Below are positions 8,934 to 19,675 of a stretch of 32,000 nt of DNA, piece after piece. Each line of letters opens with the position of its first letter. Within the stretch, counting starts at the first letter, position 1. A program made the position numbers and the translations under genes. Origin of the DNA: Candidatus Brocadia sp. GTDB taxonomy: Bacteria > Planctomycetota > Brocadiia > Brocadiales > Brocadiaceae. The DNA lies in contig CP091279.1 in assembly GCA_021650915.1 (NCBI GenBank), forward strand, positions 1,290,001 through 1,322,000, given 5' to 3'. Under the pieces are notes generated by a model. It was not told the DNA's origin. It worked only from the letters and a program-made list of their open reading frames with translations, and ran no database searches.

Positions 8934-10397
8934 TTAAAAAAACGTGTTCATTGCCTCCGCCCCCGCCATATCTCTTTTATACAATTCCATTTCACTGAAA
9001 TTGTTGTTGAATAACCTGTTTTTTAGCCTCAGGAATGGTCTCCTGAAATACTGCCGGTAATAATAAGCAAGGGGATAATTTTTGATAAAGGCCGGGGTTG
9101 TACAAATATAACTGGCATATTTCTTGTTATATTTCCATCTGAGAAACTGAAGCTCCTCTGGTCCTAAATAGTTTGTCTTGATATTCGCCCAAAAGCAGTT
9201 GTACCGGCTATAGTCACTGGTATTCGTTATTAGCCCGTCGTTTAACAACTCGTCGCGCATGCCTGTTTTGGGATACGGCGTCAGTATCTGGTCTGCAAAG
9301 AAATCTATTTGCAAATCGACAAAGAATTCATAATTTCTCGCAATATCCTCTTCCTTGTCATTGGGATTCCCGATAATCATACCGCCAACAATCATAATAT
9401 TGTGCTCATGCAATCGTTTGACAGCGAGCTTTGTCTTTTCGATAATGTTTCCCTTCTTCATACGCCGCAAATTTTCTTCCGAAACGTTTTCGATACCAAG
9501 AAAAACGATCCGGAAACCTGCCCTGGCCATCTTTTCCGCAAGGGTATCAGAGGAAGCAATGCCCGTGCTGCTTGCCTGGATGATATACCGAATATCATTG
9601 TGTCCGGCGTCAGCAATCGCATCACAGAGAGACTCGAATCCCTTGATATCCAATGTAAAGTTATCATCCGAGAAGATAATGAAATTCGCGCCCGCCTGCT
9701 TGGCGTTGGAGATGTCAGAAAGTATCCTGTCCACGCTATAGCGTCGGAAGGTCTTACCATACATCTTGTCCATACTGCAGAAATTACAGGGCATAACGCA
9801 TCCGCGGGATGATTCCACGATATCGAGCTTAAATCCGTAATATTGATATCCCTTCCATATCCGTTTGGAACGATCAGGTATTTTTATCTTCGCCAAATCT
9901 TCCAAAGAACGCGGGGAATTATGAATAAAACCATCGCCCTTTCGAAACGAAAGACCCGGGACACTTTCCATGATTCTCTTACCGCTTATGGCCTCTAACA
10001 ATTCATTAAACGATAAATCCCCTTCTCCGCGAATGAAAAAATCAAAGGGCGCAGCCTCTTCACTTTCGCTTATCTCCCGATACATGAGCGTTACATGATA
10101 CCCGCCCAAAACAGTTTTAATATTGTTATTGATCGTTTTTATGAGACTTGCTATCCTGCGGGCCGTAGAGAACTGAAAACTCATAGCCGTCAGCCCAACC
10201 ACGTCAGGGCAATATTTTGCAATCAGCTCCCTGACGGTGTCTGCAATCCGCTCTCTCCGGAGAATCAGGTCTGCTATATAAACGTCGTGGCCATCAATAT
10301 TCCCTGCAATCGATGAAATAGCGAGGTTTGGCGCCTTCCATCGCTTTGCATTAAAGTGCGGGGCACAATCTGGCATGGACATCAACAGTATCTTCAT
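8934..10397 (-). CDS. B12-binding-domain radical SAM protein
   Basis: The N-terminal Rossmann-like segment MKILLMSMPD...VVGLTAM is typical of the B12-binding domain. The radical SAM motif is CVMPCNFC (CxxxCxxC). Confidence 0.8.
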   Translation of the reverse strand: MKILLMSMPDCAPHFNAKRWKAPNLAISSIAGNIDGHDVYIADLILRRERIADTVRELIAKYCPDVVGLTAMSFQFSTARRIASLIKTINNNIKTVLGGYHVTLMYREISESEEAAPFDFFIRGEGDLSFNELLEAISGKRIMESVPGLSFRKGDGFIHNSPRSLEDLAKIKIPDRSKRIWKGYQYYGFKLDIVESSRGCVMPCNFCSMDKMYGKTFRRYSVDRILSDISNAKQAGANFIIFSDDNFTLDIKGFESLCDAIADAGHNDIRYIIQASSTGIASSDTLAEKMARAGFRIVFLGIENVSEENLRRMKKGNIIEKTKLAVKRLHEHNIMIVGGMIIGNPNDKEEDIARNYEFFVDLQIDFFADQILTPYPKTGMRDELLNDGLITNTSDYSRYNCFWANIKTNYLGPEELQFLRWKYNKKYASYICTTPAFIKNYPLAYYYRQYFRRPFLRLKNRLFNNNFSEMELYKRDMAGAEAMNTFF

Positions 10398-10869
10398 ATG
10401 CTTCGTCTACCTGTTTTGAAATGAATTTGTGCTTCTATTTTATCCGTATTTTCAAGGCATTCAAGGAAAATTAATGAAAGATAGAAAATCCCGTCTGCTG
10501 GCTTGGTAGCAATACCGGTCAGATCAAAACGGCACCATACCAGTTACTCTTATTTGACTTTTACTTTCAATTTTGCTTTTGCACTGCCTGCTTTAAATTT
10601 CACCCTTCCTTTTCTCATTTTCCGGTCACTTGATTGGGTCAGTTCCGTAATGGTAAACTCGGTCTGGCCATGAGCGTCGGTAATGCTTCTTCTTGGATGA
10701 ACCGTGATGCATCTTCTGCCCCTTTTAACCTGCGCCCTTACTTTCTTACCCTCCACTGGGCAACCACCCTCACCGGTTACCGTCACCGTTACTTTAGCGC
10801 TCTTCCCTAGTTTAAGCCTTATTTTTTCCGGAGACACCGTCATCACCTTATCTCTGCACACGGCAATAT

Positions 10870-12150
10870 CCGTACCGGTAGTAAAGTTCCAGGTATAATC
10901 AGCAGCCATGGCGTTGCCGGCAAGGTCTTTTACCCCCCTGGTCATCGTTACCGTGTAGGCCGTGGAATGGGCTAGGTTACCCGACGGCGCGAACGTCGCT
11001 GTCGTGCCACTATAAGATACCGATCCGCTGACATTACTACTACCATCATACACGCTAAAGGTGGCGATGCTCACAGTAGACACATCCATCGCCTCAAAAA
11101 ACGTAACCGTAATAGCCCCGTTGATTGCCGCACCAGACGCTCCGTTGACCGGACTCGTGGAACTTACCGCGGGTGATGTGATATCCGTATCCGTGCCGGC
11201 AGTAAAGTCCCAGGTGTAATCAGCAGCCATAGCATTGCCGGCAAGGTCTCTTACTCCCGTGGTAATCGTTGCCGTATAGGTGGCAGAAGGTATCAGGTCG
11301 CTCAATGGTGTAAATGTGGCTACCGTACCATGATACATAACAGATCCGCCAATGGTACTACTGCCATCATTCACGGTAAATGTAGCGGTGCTTATCGTAG
11401 AGACATCTATCGTCTCACTGAACACAGCAGCAATAGCTCCATTAATAGCAACACCAGATGCGTCATCGACCGGACTCGTGTCACTTACGGCGGGCGGTGT
11501 GATATCCGTATCCGTACCGGTGGTAAAGCTCCAGGTGTAATCATCGGTCATGGCATTGCCGGCAAGGTCTTTTACCCCCGTGGTAATCGTTGCCGTGTAG
11601 ACGATAGAAGGAGTCAGGTTACTGGTCGGGCTAAACGTTACCGTCATACCACGGCAGGATACCGATCCGCTGATATTACCGCTACCGTCATTTACCGTAA
11701 AAGTCGCTGCGGTAACGGTAACGGCATCCATTGCCTCACTGAATGTAGCAGTAATCGCCCTGTTGACAGCCACTCCAGATGCGCCATGAACTGGGCTTGT
11801 GGCGCTTACCGTTGGCGGTGAGGTATCCGTGTCTGTGCCAGTGGTAAATTCCCAGGTGTAATCAACGGCCATGGCATTGCCGGCCAGGTCTTCCACCCCC
11901 GTGGTAATCGTTGCCGTGTAGACGGTGGAAGGAGTCAGGTTAGCCGATGGTGTAAACGTGGCCGTCGTACCACGATACGATACCGATCCGCCGATATTAC
12001 CGCTGCCATCATTTATGGTAAAGGTCTCCGTAGTAACGGTAGAGGTATCCATTGCTTCACTGAACGACGCACGTATGGCCGTGTTTATCGTCACCCCTGT
12101 AGCTTCATGGGAAGGACTGGTGGAATCAACCCCGGGGGTTACCGTCAATA
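10870..12150 (-). repeat. four tandem 321-bp (107-aa) coding repeats
   Basis: The motif CC(G/A)G(T/C)(A/G)GTAAA..CCAGGT.TAATCA recurs at 10875, 11196, 11517 and 11838, a period of exactly 321 bp. Confidence 0.85.
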
Positions 12151-12460
12151 CTCCGGAATTTGTTGGACTCAGACTGCCTGTGGTTACCTTGATTTCAGTA
12201 GTTCCTGAGAAATGCCCGGTAAAAACAGCGCTTTTCCTGTCCCCACCCGGAACCAAATCTCCTGCAACCACCCCACCCGTGGCGTTTTCAAGAGACCATA
12301 CATCGGCAGCCACATTAGCGACAAAGTTATCATAATCATCACGTTCAATCGCATACACCGTAATCGAACGACCCGAAGTGATACTTTGCAAAGGCACTAC
12401 CGTCCCACTTCCATCCGCCACCGTCTCAACCCTCACCTTCGTCCCGGTTCCCAGGGTAAT

Positions 12461-13390
12461 CGTAAACGCATCGCTCTCGGCTGAGGTTAGCCCTGCACTC
12501 GATGCCGTCAGATTCTTTGCTCCTTCCAGATTGATGCTCAAATCAGAAAAGGTCGCAAGGCCACTGCCATCCGTTGACTGCGGTGTCGTGCCACTGAGCA
12601 CGCCGGTGCCGGTCGTCAGGGCCATCGCCACAGACACACCGCCCCTGGACACGTTATTGCCAAGGATATCCTTAAGTTGCACGGTAATAGCCGGACTGAT
12701 TACATCATTAGCCACCGTGTCCGTAGGCTGCTGAACAAAGATAATGCTGACTGCTGCGCCGGCCGATATCGTAAACGCATCACTCACGGCCAAGGTCAGT
12801 CCTGCGCTTGATGCCGTCAGGTTTTTTGAGCCTGTCAGGTTGATGCTAAGATCGTTAAAGGTTGCAAGACCACTGCCGTCCGTTGTCTGCGGTGTCGTGC
12901 CACTGAACACGCCGGTGCCGGTTGTCAGGGCCATCGCCACTGACACACCGCCTGTGGATACGTTATTACCAAGGGCATCCTTGAGCTGCACAGTAATGGC
13001 CGGACTGATCGCAGCGCCTGCCACGGCATCAGCAGGCTGCTGGACAAAGGCAACGCTGGCTGCAACACCAGCCGATATTGTAAACGCATCACTCACAGCC
13101 GAGGTCAGTCCTGCGCTTGATGCCGTCAGATTTTTTGAGCCTGTCAGGTTGACGCTAAGATCGTTAAAGGTTGCAAGACCACCGCCATCCGTTGCCTGCG
13201 GCGTCGTGCCGCTGAGCACGCCGGTGCCGGTCGTCATGGCCATCGCCACTGACACACCACCCGCGGACACGTTATTGCCAAGGGCATCCTTGAGTTGCAC
13301 AGTAATGGCCGGACTGATCGCAGCGCCTGCCACGGCATCAGCAGGCTGCTGGACAAAGGCAACGCTGGCTACCGCACCTGGATTGATAAG
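12461..13390 (-). repeat. three tandem 309-bp (103-aa) coding repeats
   Basis: CGTAAACGCATC... recurs at 12461, 12770 and 13079, a period of 309 bp with high identity. Confidence 0.85.
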
Positions 13391-14169
13391 GAGTCCAGCA
13401 TTAGAACCGGTCTTGGAGTTCCCATCTGTGACGGTAATGCTGATAGTCTCTGCAATATTGTCTTTCGTGCTTATGGTGAACGTACCGGCAGTTAATGTCT
13501 TGGTATTGTCACCAAACGATGCATCGCCGTTACTATCAAATTGCACACTCCCTGAACTGCCCATGGTTACGACCGTGCTGTTATCATAAACTACCGTTTC
13601 GTTTAAAAGATCCTCTGCCGTCACCTTCGTCAGAAACGTAATGCCTGCAGTCTGTGGAGAGGTGGCATTTACTACATAGTGATCAATTTCCTGCTCACCA
13701 ATGGCAAAGTCTCCTAACGAAGAGATGCCTGTTGCTCCGGTACTTGTCGCTGTTTTCGTTCCTGCAGTCGTTGGGAGCCAGGCAGCCCCGTTGAATTGCC
13801 GTACGACAAAGCTTCCTGGCGCCGCCCCCCCATCCGTGACACTTGCAACGAAGTTGAACGTGGCATCGTACGTGGAGAATCCTAACCCTCCGCCGTCCGT
13901 CAACGTCCAGAACCGATTAACGCTTCTTGCAGAGTCGATTCCGGATGTCCCAACGCCAGGATGTTCCGTTGCCGTTGCCGCCGCGGTTACGTTACCTGGA
14001 GTGGTTACATTAAGAGAATTTATACTCACAGGGGTATAATCAGTTGCATCGCCTATGTCAAACGTGAAAGATTGAGCGCCGGCTGCAAATACCTTCTGCA
14101 AATTGCCGGCAATATGGCCACTTGTCCGCGACACACTCCCCGACGAGTCGATAACCATCGCAACCGAAT

Positions 14170-14755
14170 CCGTTGTAATGTTGCCGCCAGCAAGAGTCAG
14201 CGTACCTGTGACGGTGGCAGTCCCAGCAAGGGTAACACCGTTAGAATTACTGATCTTGATATTACCATAGGTAAGGGCACTTACGATTTGAGCCGATGTT
14301 CCGGCGTAGTCAACCGTTAAATCAGTCAAAGTATTTGTTGTGAACTTATACTGATTCGAGTAATCAGCCGTTGCAGACGTTCTCGTTACCTGAACGGTTC
14401 CCAAGCCGGTGATGGCACCTTGTGTGGCAGCATTATTGACCACCACTGTCGCCGCAGGACTTAAGAGGGCAGATGCATTGACGGTCAAAGTGCCGCTGAC
14501 ATCGAAGTCTGCGCTCGCCGTAACGGCGGCAGCCGTATTGGATATTTTCAAACTTCCGTAGCTCAAGGCGCTTATCTCCTGGGCTGCTGTTCCGGCATAG
14601 TCGACCGTCAGATTGTTCAAAGTATTTGTTGTGAATTTATACTGGCTTGAGTAATCAGCCGTTGCGGACATTCTTGTTACCTGAACGGTTCCCAAGCCAG
14701 TGATGGTACCTTGTGCGGCAGCATTATTGACCACCACCGCTGCTGCAGGACTTAA
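14170..14755 (-). repeat. 291-bp (97-aa) coding repeats; a third unit continues at 18775-19065 beyond IS-A
   Basis: The repeat junction GGACTTAAGAG is at 14457-14467. The homologous junction at 14748-14755 is the one interrupted by IS-A. Confidence 0.7.
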
Positions 14756-14905
14756 CCCGACTTTCGCAATTCGCGCCCAAAAAAGTTTATTTTTGGGCAA
14801 GAGTCGCCAGGAAACCCGTGATATTCAAGGGGTGAATTTTCAAAACGGCTTGTAGTGCCGACCTACCCTCTTGACGCATGCAGGAGGAAGTGCGAAAATG
14901 CTCGC

Positions 14906-15476
14906 ATGTTTCTCCGGGAAAAGACATGAACGAAAGATGGAAAAACCCACCGTTATTGGAGTGTGGTAGAGAACCACCGGGTCAGCGGAAGAAGGGTGGT
15001 GCAGCGGCAGGTTCTCTATTTGGGAGAACTCAATGACAATCAACGGGCTGGGTGGATTCGGACGATAGAGGCGGTGTCGGGTAAAGAACCGAAACCAAGA
15101 CAACTGGCATTGTTTCCGGATGACCGGGAAGCCATGCCGATACCGGATGGTGAGACCGTTCAGGTGAGATTGGACAAAATAGAGCTGCGCCATCCACGGG
15201 AGTGGGGAGCAAGCTGGTTGGGATTGCATGTATGGGATATGCTGGAACTGGACGCATTTTGGAGAAAGCGTCTGCCGTCAAGCCGGAAGGGAACAAGCTG
15301 GCTGAATATCCTGAAGGCGCTTGTCTGTTACCGGTTGACCGATCCGGGAAGCGAATTTCGTTTTCACCGTGAGTGGTACGTGCGGAGCGCAATAGGTGAT
15401 CTGCTGGGAGAGGATTATTCCCTGGCGCAGAAGGACAAGGCGTATCGTTGTTTGGATTTGTTGCTTGAGCATCGGC
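14906..15476 (+). pseudogene. IS1634-family transposase, exon 1, with an in-frame TGA at codon 8
   Basis: ATG at 14906 gives MFLREKT*TKDGKTHRYWSVVENHRVSGRRVVQRQVLYLGEL. As I recall the family, this is its typical N-terminus, with Arg at position 8, which would imply CGA->TGA at 14927-14929. The frame is interrupted by the intron after 15476. Confidence 0.7.
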
Positions 15477-17478
15477 GTGCCTTGAAGTATGGGATACCTA
15501 AGTGGTTGAAAATATCACCTCTGCGAGCCTAGATCCTCGTAGAGAAGTTTGTACCTATGCGTATACAAAGGAGCAATCCGTGTGCGTAGAAGGATAGCGT
15601 ATTCCCGTGAGGGGTATGACGGAGTTACGAGGTACAGACGACCTTTTGGGGTGTATGAGTATGGCGTGTTAGTTCGTGCCAACTGCCCTTTCTCAGTGAA
15701 GCACTGACAATGTCCTTGTTGGAGATGTCAAAAAAAAAAAGACCTGGTGAAAACATCTCTGGATAATGCGTTTGAACATACATCACGAAGGGAAAAGGGG
15801 TAATTCATATGACCGGGGGAGGACTTACGTCTTGGGAAGAAATTCCCTAACAGCGAGGTATAAGGGAAATCCGAAATCCAAGCTGTATGAGATGGTGACG
15901 GACGACTGGCTCTCACAGGTCTGTCTTTGAAGTCGTCAGCAGTGCTCATAATAGTTTCTGGTGTGTACCAGGAATGAAGGGGCATAACCGTAGTGGAGTT
16001 GATGAAACGTGGTAGATTGAATACGTTCCATGAGAAAAGAGACTCTTTGCATGGGCAAGTAGTAGCAAGAGCCTCTCTTGTTTTGCCTCTGTCAGGAGGA
16101 ATCTCGACTCAGGAAACACGATTGACAAGTCTATTATCCGGAATCAATCAAAAGGAACATATCGGGAGATGCTTAAGTATCATTCTTTAAGAGACAAGGT
16201 ATTCAGTCTGAGAAACCTTTATGCGGCTTTTGGGCACGTAAAGAAGAATAAAGGCAAGGCTGGTCTCGACAGGGTAAGTATTAAGCAGTTTGAAAGTGAC
16301 CTTGAGAATAATCTACAAGCTATTCACAAGGAACTGAAAACCGCCATATACAACCCTGCGCCCGTCTTAAGGGTCTACATTCCCAAAGGCAGGCATGGCA
16401 AGAGACCTCTTGGCATTCCCATTGTCAAGGACAGGGTAGTACAGCAGGCGTTCAGACAAATCATAGAGCCAATATTCGAGAAAGAATTCTCGGATAACAG
16501 CTTTGGATTTCGTCCAAACAGATGCTGTCATGATGCTATCAAACGGATTGAACAGTATAAGCAGCAAGGGTATCGGAACATTTTGGACGCCGATATAAAG
16601 GCGTTCTATGATACCATACCTCACAAGCTTATCATGAACTCCTTGCGTGAGAAAATTGCTGACGGATGGGTGTTGAACAGTATCGAGAACATGCTCAAGG
16701 CAGGGGTCATGGAGGACGGCATCGTGCATGAGACAAATCAAGGCACTCCGCAAGGAGGCGTCATATCTCCCTTGCTTGCAAACCTTATCGGTGACATCAT
16801 CGACAAGGAGCTTGAAAAGGCAGAATATAAATTTGTCCGCTATGCCGATGACTTCGTTGTCATGACTAAAACGAAAGAAGAACTCCCTGCCGCCCTTCAG
16901 TACGTCAAGGAAATCATCGAAGGGAAACTTGAAATGAAGCTGAACGAGGATAAAACCAGGCTCACCAACTTCAAACGAGGCTTCCGGTTTCTCGGATATA
17001 ATTTCATGGGCAAGAACAAGGGTGTAAGCATGAAATCCCTGGACAAACTCAAGGACGCCGTCAGGGACATCACCAAACGCACACAAGGCGTCAACCTGCA
17101 AGCCGTCATTGATACATTAAATCCTGTCATAAGGGGACATGTCAACTATTTTCGGCTGGGCAATGTACAAACGGTATATCGCTCGTTAGACTGCTGGGTA
17201 CGCATGAGACTGAGAAGTTTCAAGTTTTCGAGAAAATGGAAAACTGACAACAAACGTTTCCCGGTACACCGATTCTTTAAGATGGGGTTACTCTCATTTG
17301 AAAGAGAATTTCTTAAGGCACGTGCAAAGGCATGATAGGTTACTTTTCTCTGCTCCAGAGCAACACTATGGGGTCGCTAACTACGGGAAAGCCGTATGGT
17401 TTAAAAGGATACTTTGTCACGTTGTCCAAAGTATCTGGCGACGATTGGGGGTTGGAGGCGATTCGCCTCCTTCCTACC
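15477..17478 (+). mobile_element. group II intron, copy 1 (2002 nt), with an intact intron-encoded protein
   Basis: Boundaries come from comparison with copy 2 and from frame restoration of the host gene. They carry a 1 nt ambiguity because a C flanks both ends. The 5' end reads GTGCC. The 3' region has a 10-bp stem at 17407-17436 and a hairpin at 17454-17470. The ORF lies in the expected domain IV position. Confidence 0.8.
16169..17335 (+). CDS. group II intron reverse transcriptase/maturase, no endonuclease domain
   Basis: 388 aa with RT motifs RPLGIPIVKDRVVQ, GTPQGGVISPLLAN and YADDFVV, plus a maturase X-domain RGHVNYFRLG. No HNH or Cys motifs follow domain X. Confidence 0.9.
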   Translation: MLKYHSLRDKVFSLRNLYAAFGHVKKNKGKAGLDRVSIKQFESDLENNLQAIHKELKTAIYNPAPVLRVYIPKGRHGKRPLGIPIVKDRVVQQAFRQIIEPIFEKEFSDNSFGFRPNRCCHDAIKRIEQYKQQGYRNILDADIKAFYDTIPHKLIMNSLREKIADGWVLNSIENMLKAGVMEDGIVHETNQGTPQGGVISPLLANLIGDIIDKELEKAEYKFVRYADDFVVMTKTKEELPAALQYVKEIIEGKLEMKLNEDKTRLTNFKRGFRFLGYNFMGKNKGVSMKSLDKLKDAVRDITKRTQGVNLQAVIDTLNPVIRGHVNYFRLGNVQTVYRSLDCWVRMRLRSFKFSRKWKTDNKRFPVHRFFKMGLLSFEREFLKARAKA

Positions 17479-18695
17479 AGCTGGACGAGTTGTTTGCCTA
17501 TTTAAAGGAGAAGTGGGGAAAACTCTTTGGGGCGAAGTACGATGTGCTGCTGTATGATTTGACGAGTACGTATTTTGAAAGTGACCCACCTCCGACTGGA
17601 TCGGGGAGTAAGAAACGGTTTGGATATAGCCGGGACAAACGTTCGGATTGCGTGCAGGTGGTAGTGGCATTGGTGTTAACGCCGGAAGGATTTCCCGTGG
17701 CCTACGAAGTGTATCCGGGCAATACCAGAGACACCGCAACGCTGGAGGAATTTCTGGATCGGATTGAAAAGCAGTATGGGAAATTCCGGCGCACCTGGCT
17801 TATGGATCGCGGTATTCCAACGGAGGAGATGTTGGAAAAGATGCGTGAGCGCGGGATTGATTATTTGGTTGGGACTCCGAAGGGACATTTGACGCGAGTA
17901 GAAAAACCGTTGCTCGAACAAACCTGGATGCAGGCGAGGGAGAGTGTCCGCGTGAAAGTTCTTCGGCAGGAATCGGAGTTTTACGTTTACGTGGAAAGCC
18001 ATGACCGGGTGTCTAAGGAGCGTGCCATGCGTAGGCGCAGACTCAGACGTTTGTGGATGGGCCTGCGCGAACTTCGCAATCGAAAAGCCCTCACGCGCGA
18101 TGACCTGCTCATGCATATTGGCGCGTTAAAGAAAGAAGCCGGACGAGACTACAGACTGGTCACGATCTCCATTCCCAAACCGCAGGAACCGGTCAATGAG
18201 AATACGTTCCGGTTCAGTTTGGATCGGGAACGCCTGAGGCAGGCGTATCGGCGCGAGGGGCGTTATTTGCTTCGTTCCAACATGCAGGCCGCCGCGCCAG
18301 AAACCGTCTGGGAAAATTATTTGCTGTTGACGCGGATAGAACAGGCATTTAAGGACTTGAAGGGGTCTCTTTCCGTCCGCCCCCTATGGCATCAATTGGA
18401 ACGGAGAATTGAAGCCCATATCTTTGTTTCCTTTTTGGCTTTTTGTCTCCACACGACACTGCGCAATCTTGCGCGGGGGAGGGCCGGAGGGCTGACGTCT
18501 GAAGCGATTTTGGAAAAACTGTCGGGCATTCAAATGATAGACGTTCATTTACCGACCACGGATGGCCGTCATATTGTCATGAGCCGTTATACCCAGCCGG
18601 AGAAGGACGTTTTACTCCTTTTGGCGCAGTTGGGATTAACGCTTCCTGAACAACCGCCGCCCAAGGTTTACGTATCCGGGCAGGTCGGCCTGTAG
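17479..18695 (+). pseudogene. IS1634-family transposase, exon 2
   Basis: The splice join CAT CGG C|AG CTG GAC gives LLEHRQLDELFAYLKEKWGKLFGAKYDVLLYDLTSTYFE..., continuing through the DDE region (WLMDRG, YLVGTPK) to a TAG at 18693-18695. Confidence 0.75.
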
Positions 18696-18709
18696 TGCCG
18701 ACCTTTTTA
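18682..18709 (+). terminator. rho-independent terminator at the transposase stop
   Basis: AGGTCGGC-ctgtagt-GCCGACCT followed by TTTTT. The stop codon TAG lies in the loop. Confidence 0.6.
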
Positions 18710-18770
18710 CATGACCCCTTGATTTTCCTGGCTTAGCGGGTTGTATACCCCTCGAATTGCGAAAGTCGGG

Positions 18771-19675
18771 TTAAGAGAGCAGATGCATTCACGGCCAGAG
18801 TGCCACCGACATCGAAGTCCGCGCTTGCCGTAACGGCGGCAGTCGTATTGGATATTTTCAGATTTCCGTAGCCCAAGGCGCTTATCTCCTGGGCTGCTGT
18901 TCCGGCATAGTCAACCGTCAGATTCGTGAGCGTCTTGTTGTCAATAGTATATTGCAAGCTGAAATCATCCACCGCTGCCGTACGCGTTACTTGCACGGAG
19001 CCGTTCCCGCTCAAAGTGCCGGTTCCGCTGACTACTACGGCCGCGGCAGGAGTTAAGACGGCATTTACATCTACCGTGAGAGTTCCAACAGCGCTAAAGT
19101 TTGTATTTGCCGAAACTGCTGCACTTGCATTCGAAATGGTTACATTATTGAATGCGGTAGCTCCTGTTCCGCCAATGGCCTGTGCTGATGAGCCATGAAA
19201 AATTATGGCGCCGGAACCAGCAGTAAAGGTGTCATCGTTGTCCCAGTTGCCCGTCAGACCCAGCGTACTCGAGTCGCCATTGAGCGTGCCTGCCGTAATC
19301 GTGACGTCACCATTAATGGTGTGCAACAAAGCAGCGCCAAGATCCAATGTCCCGCCACTTCCATTCATCGTTAGCGATGCAGCCGTTATATCTCCGGTAA
19401 GCGTGGCGGTGCTTGCTGTCCGGTTAATGAGAAACGCCCCTGTTGTTACGAAACCGTCAATGCTTGGCGCCGGACTTGTTCCCCCGATCGTTATGCTGGA
19501 ACTGTTCGCGGTAAAAATGCCTCCATTCGTGAAGCTTCCGTTGAGAGTCAAAGCAAAGTTGTCTCCCGATGTGTCGAGCGTTCCAGCCGTTATCGTGAAA
19601 TCGCCGTTTACTATGGTGTCTGCGCTCAATGTTGCTGTCTGCCCTGATTTATTAATGGTGAGATGATGATAGGTA
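18771..19675 (-). pseudogene. giant repetitive surface protein, middle fragment (between IS-A and IS-B)
   Basis: The frame reads YHHLTINKSGQTATLSADTIVNGDFTITAGTL...AVNASALL. Both ends join in frame to the flanking fragments once the IS elements and target duplications are removed. Confidence 0.8.

Larger units (their letters stand above)
10550..14755 (-). pseudogene. giant repetitive surface protein, C-terminal fragment (downstream of the IS-A insertion)
   Basis: Continuous frame carrying four 107-aa Ig-like repeats (SbsA/Big_5-like: TSP..GA.GV..N..I...FSE.MD..T....TF.V), three 103-aa repeats and a basic C-terminal Ig-like domain. The authentic sequence begins at the TTAA at 14752-14755. The MPKNKLFWARIAKVGL prefix in the ORF track is IS-derived. 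Confidence 0.8.
14756..18770 (+). mobile_element. IS1634-family insertion sequence (IS-A), 4015 bp including a nested group II intron
   Basis: Perfect 18-bp terminal inverted repeats CCCGACTTTCGCAATTCG at 14756-14773 and 18753-18770. Flanking TTAA at 14752-14755 and 18771-18774. Removing the IS and one TTAA restores GCT CTC TTA AGT CCT GCA (ALLSPA) in the host gene. The 14-mer TGTAGTGCCGACCT occurs in direct orientation near both ends (14851 and 18691). Confidence 0.85.

Noticed and set aside
10704-14320. Many plus-strand ORFs of 60-280 aa lying antisense to the giant surface-protein gene. The same pattern occurs at 18926-19666 and 21570-23105.
   Set aside because: They are shadow ORFs of a long repetitive minus-strand gene. 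Their repetitive P/V/A-rich translations mirror the sense repeats, and none has an independent start context or a recognisable motif.
16169-17335. Whether the RT belongs to a diversity-generating retroelement or a retron.
   Set aside because: It has YADD plus a maturase X domain. It sits inside a 2 kb unit with defined ends that occurs twice, each time inside a host ORF in the sense orientation. No template/variable repeat pair or msr/msd-like structure was seen.
17298-17478. The first 60 codons of track ORF 17298-18695 (MKENFLRHVQRHDRLLFSAPEQHYGVANYG...).
   Set aside because: This segment lies inside the group II intron and is also present in copy 2 at 30929-31109. The frame merely runs on into transposase exon 2. 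The real transposase N-terminus is at 14906-15476.
17336-17478. Attempt to assign canonical group II domains V and VI after the RT ORF.
   Set aside because: Only a 10-bp stem with a 10-nt loop (17407-17436) and a perfect 7-bp hairpin (17454-17470) are evident. I could not place the AGC-triad helix with a GNRA loop by eye, so no domain annotation is offered.
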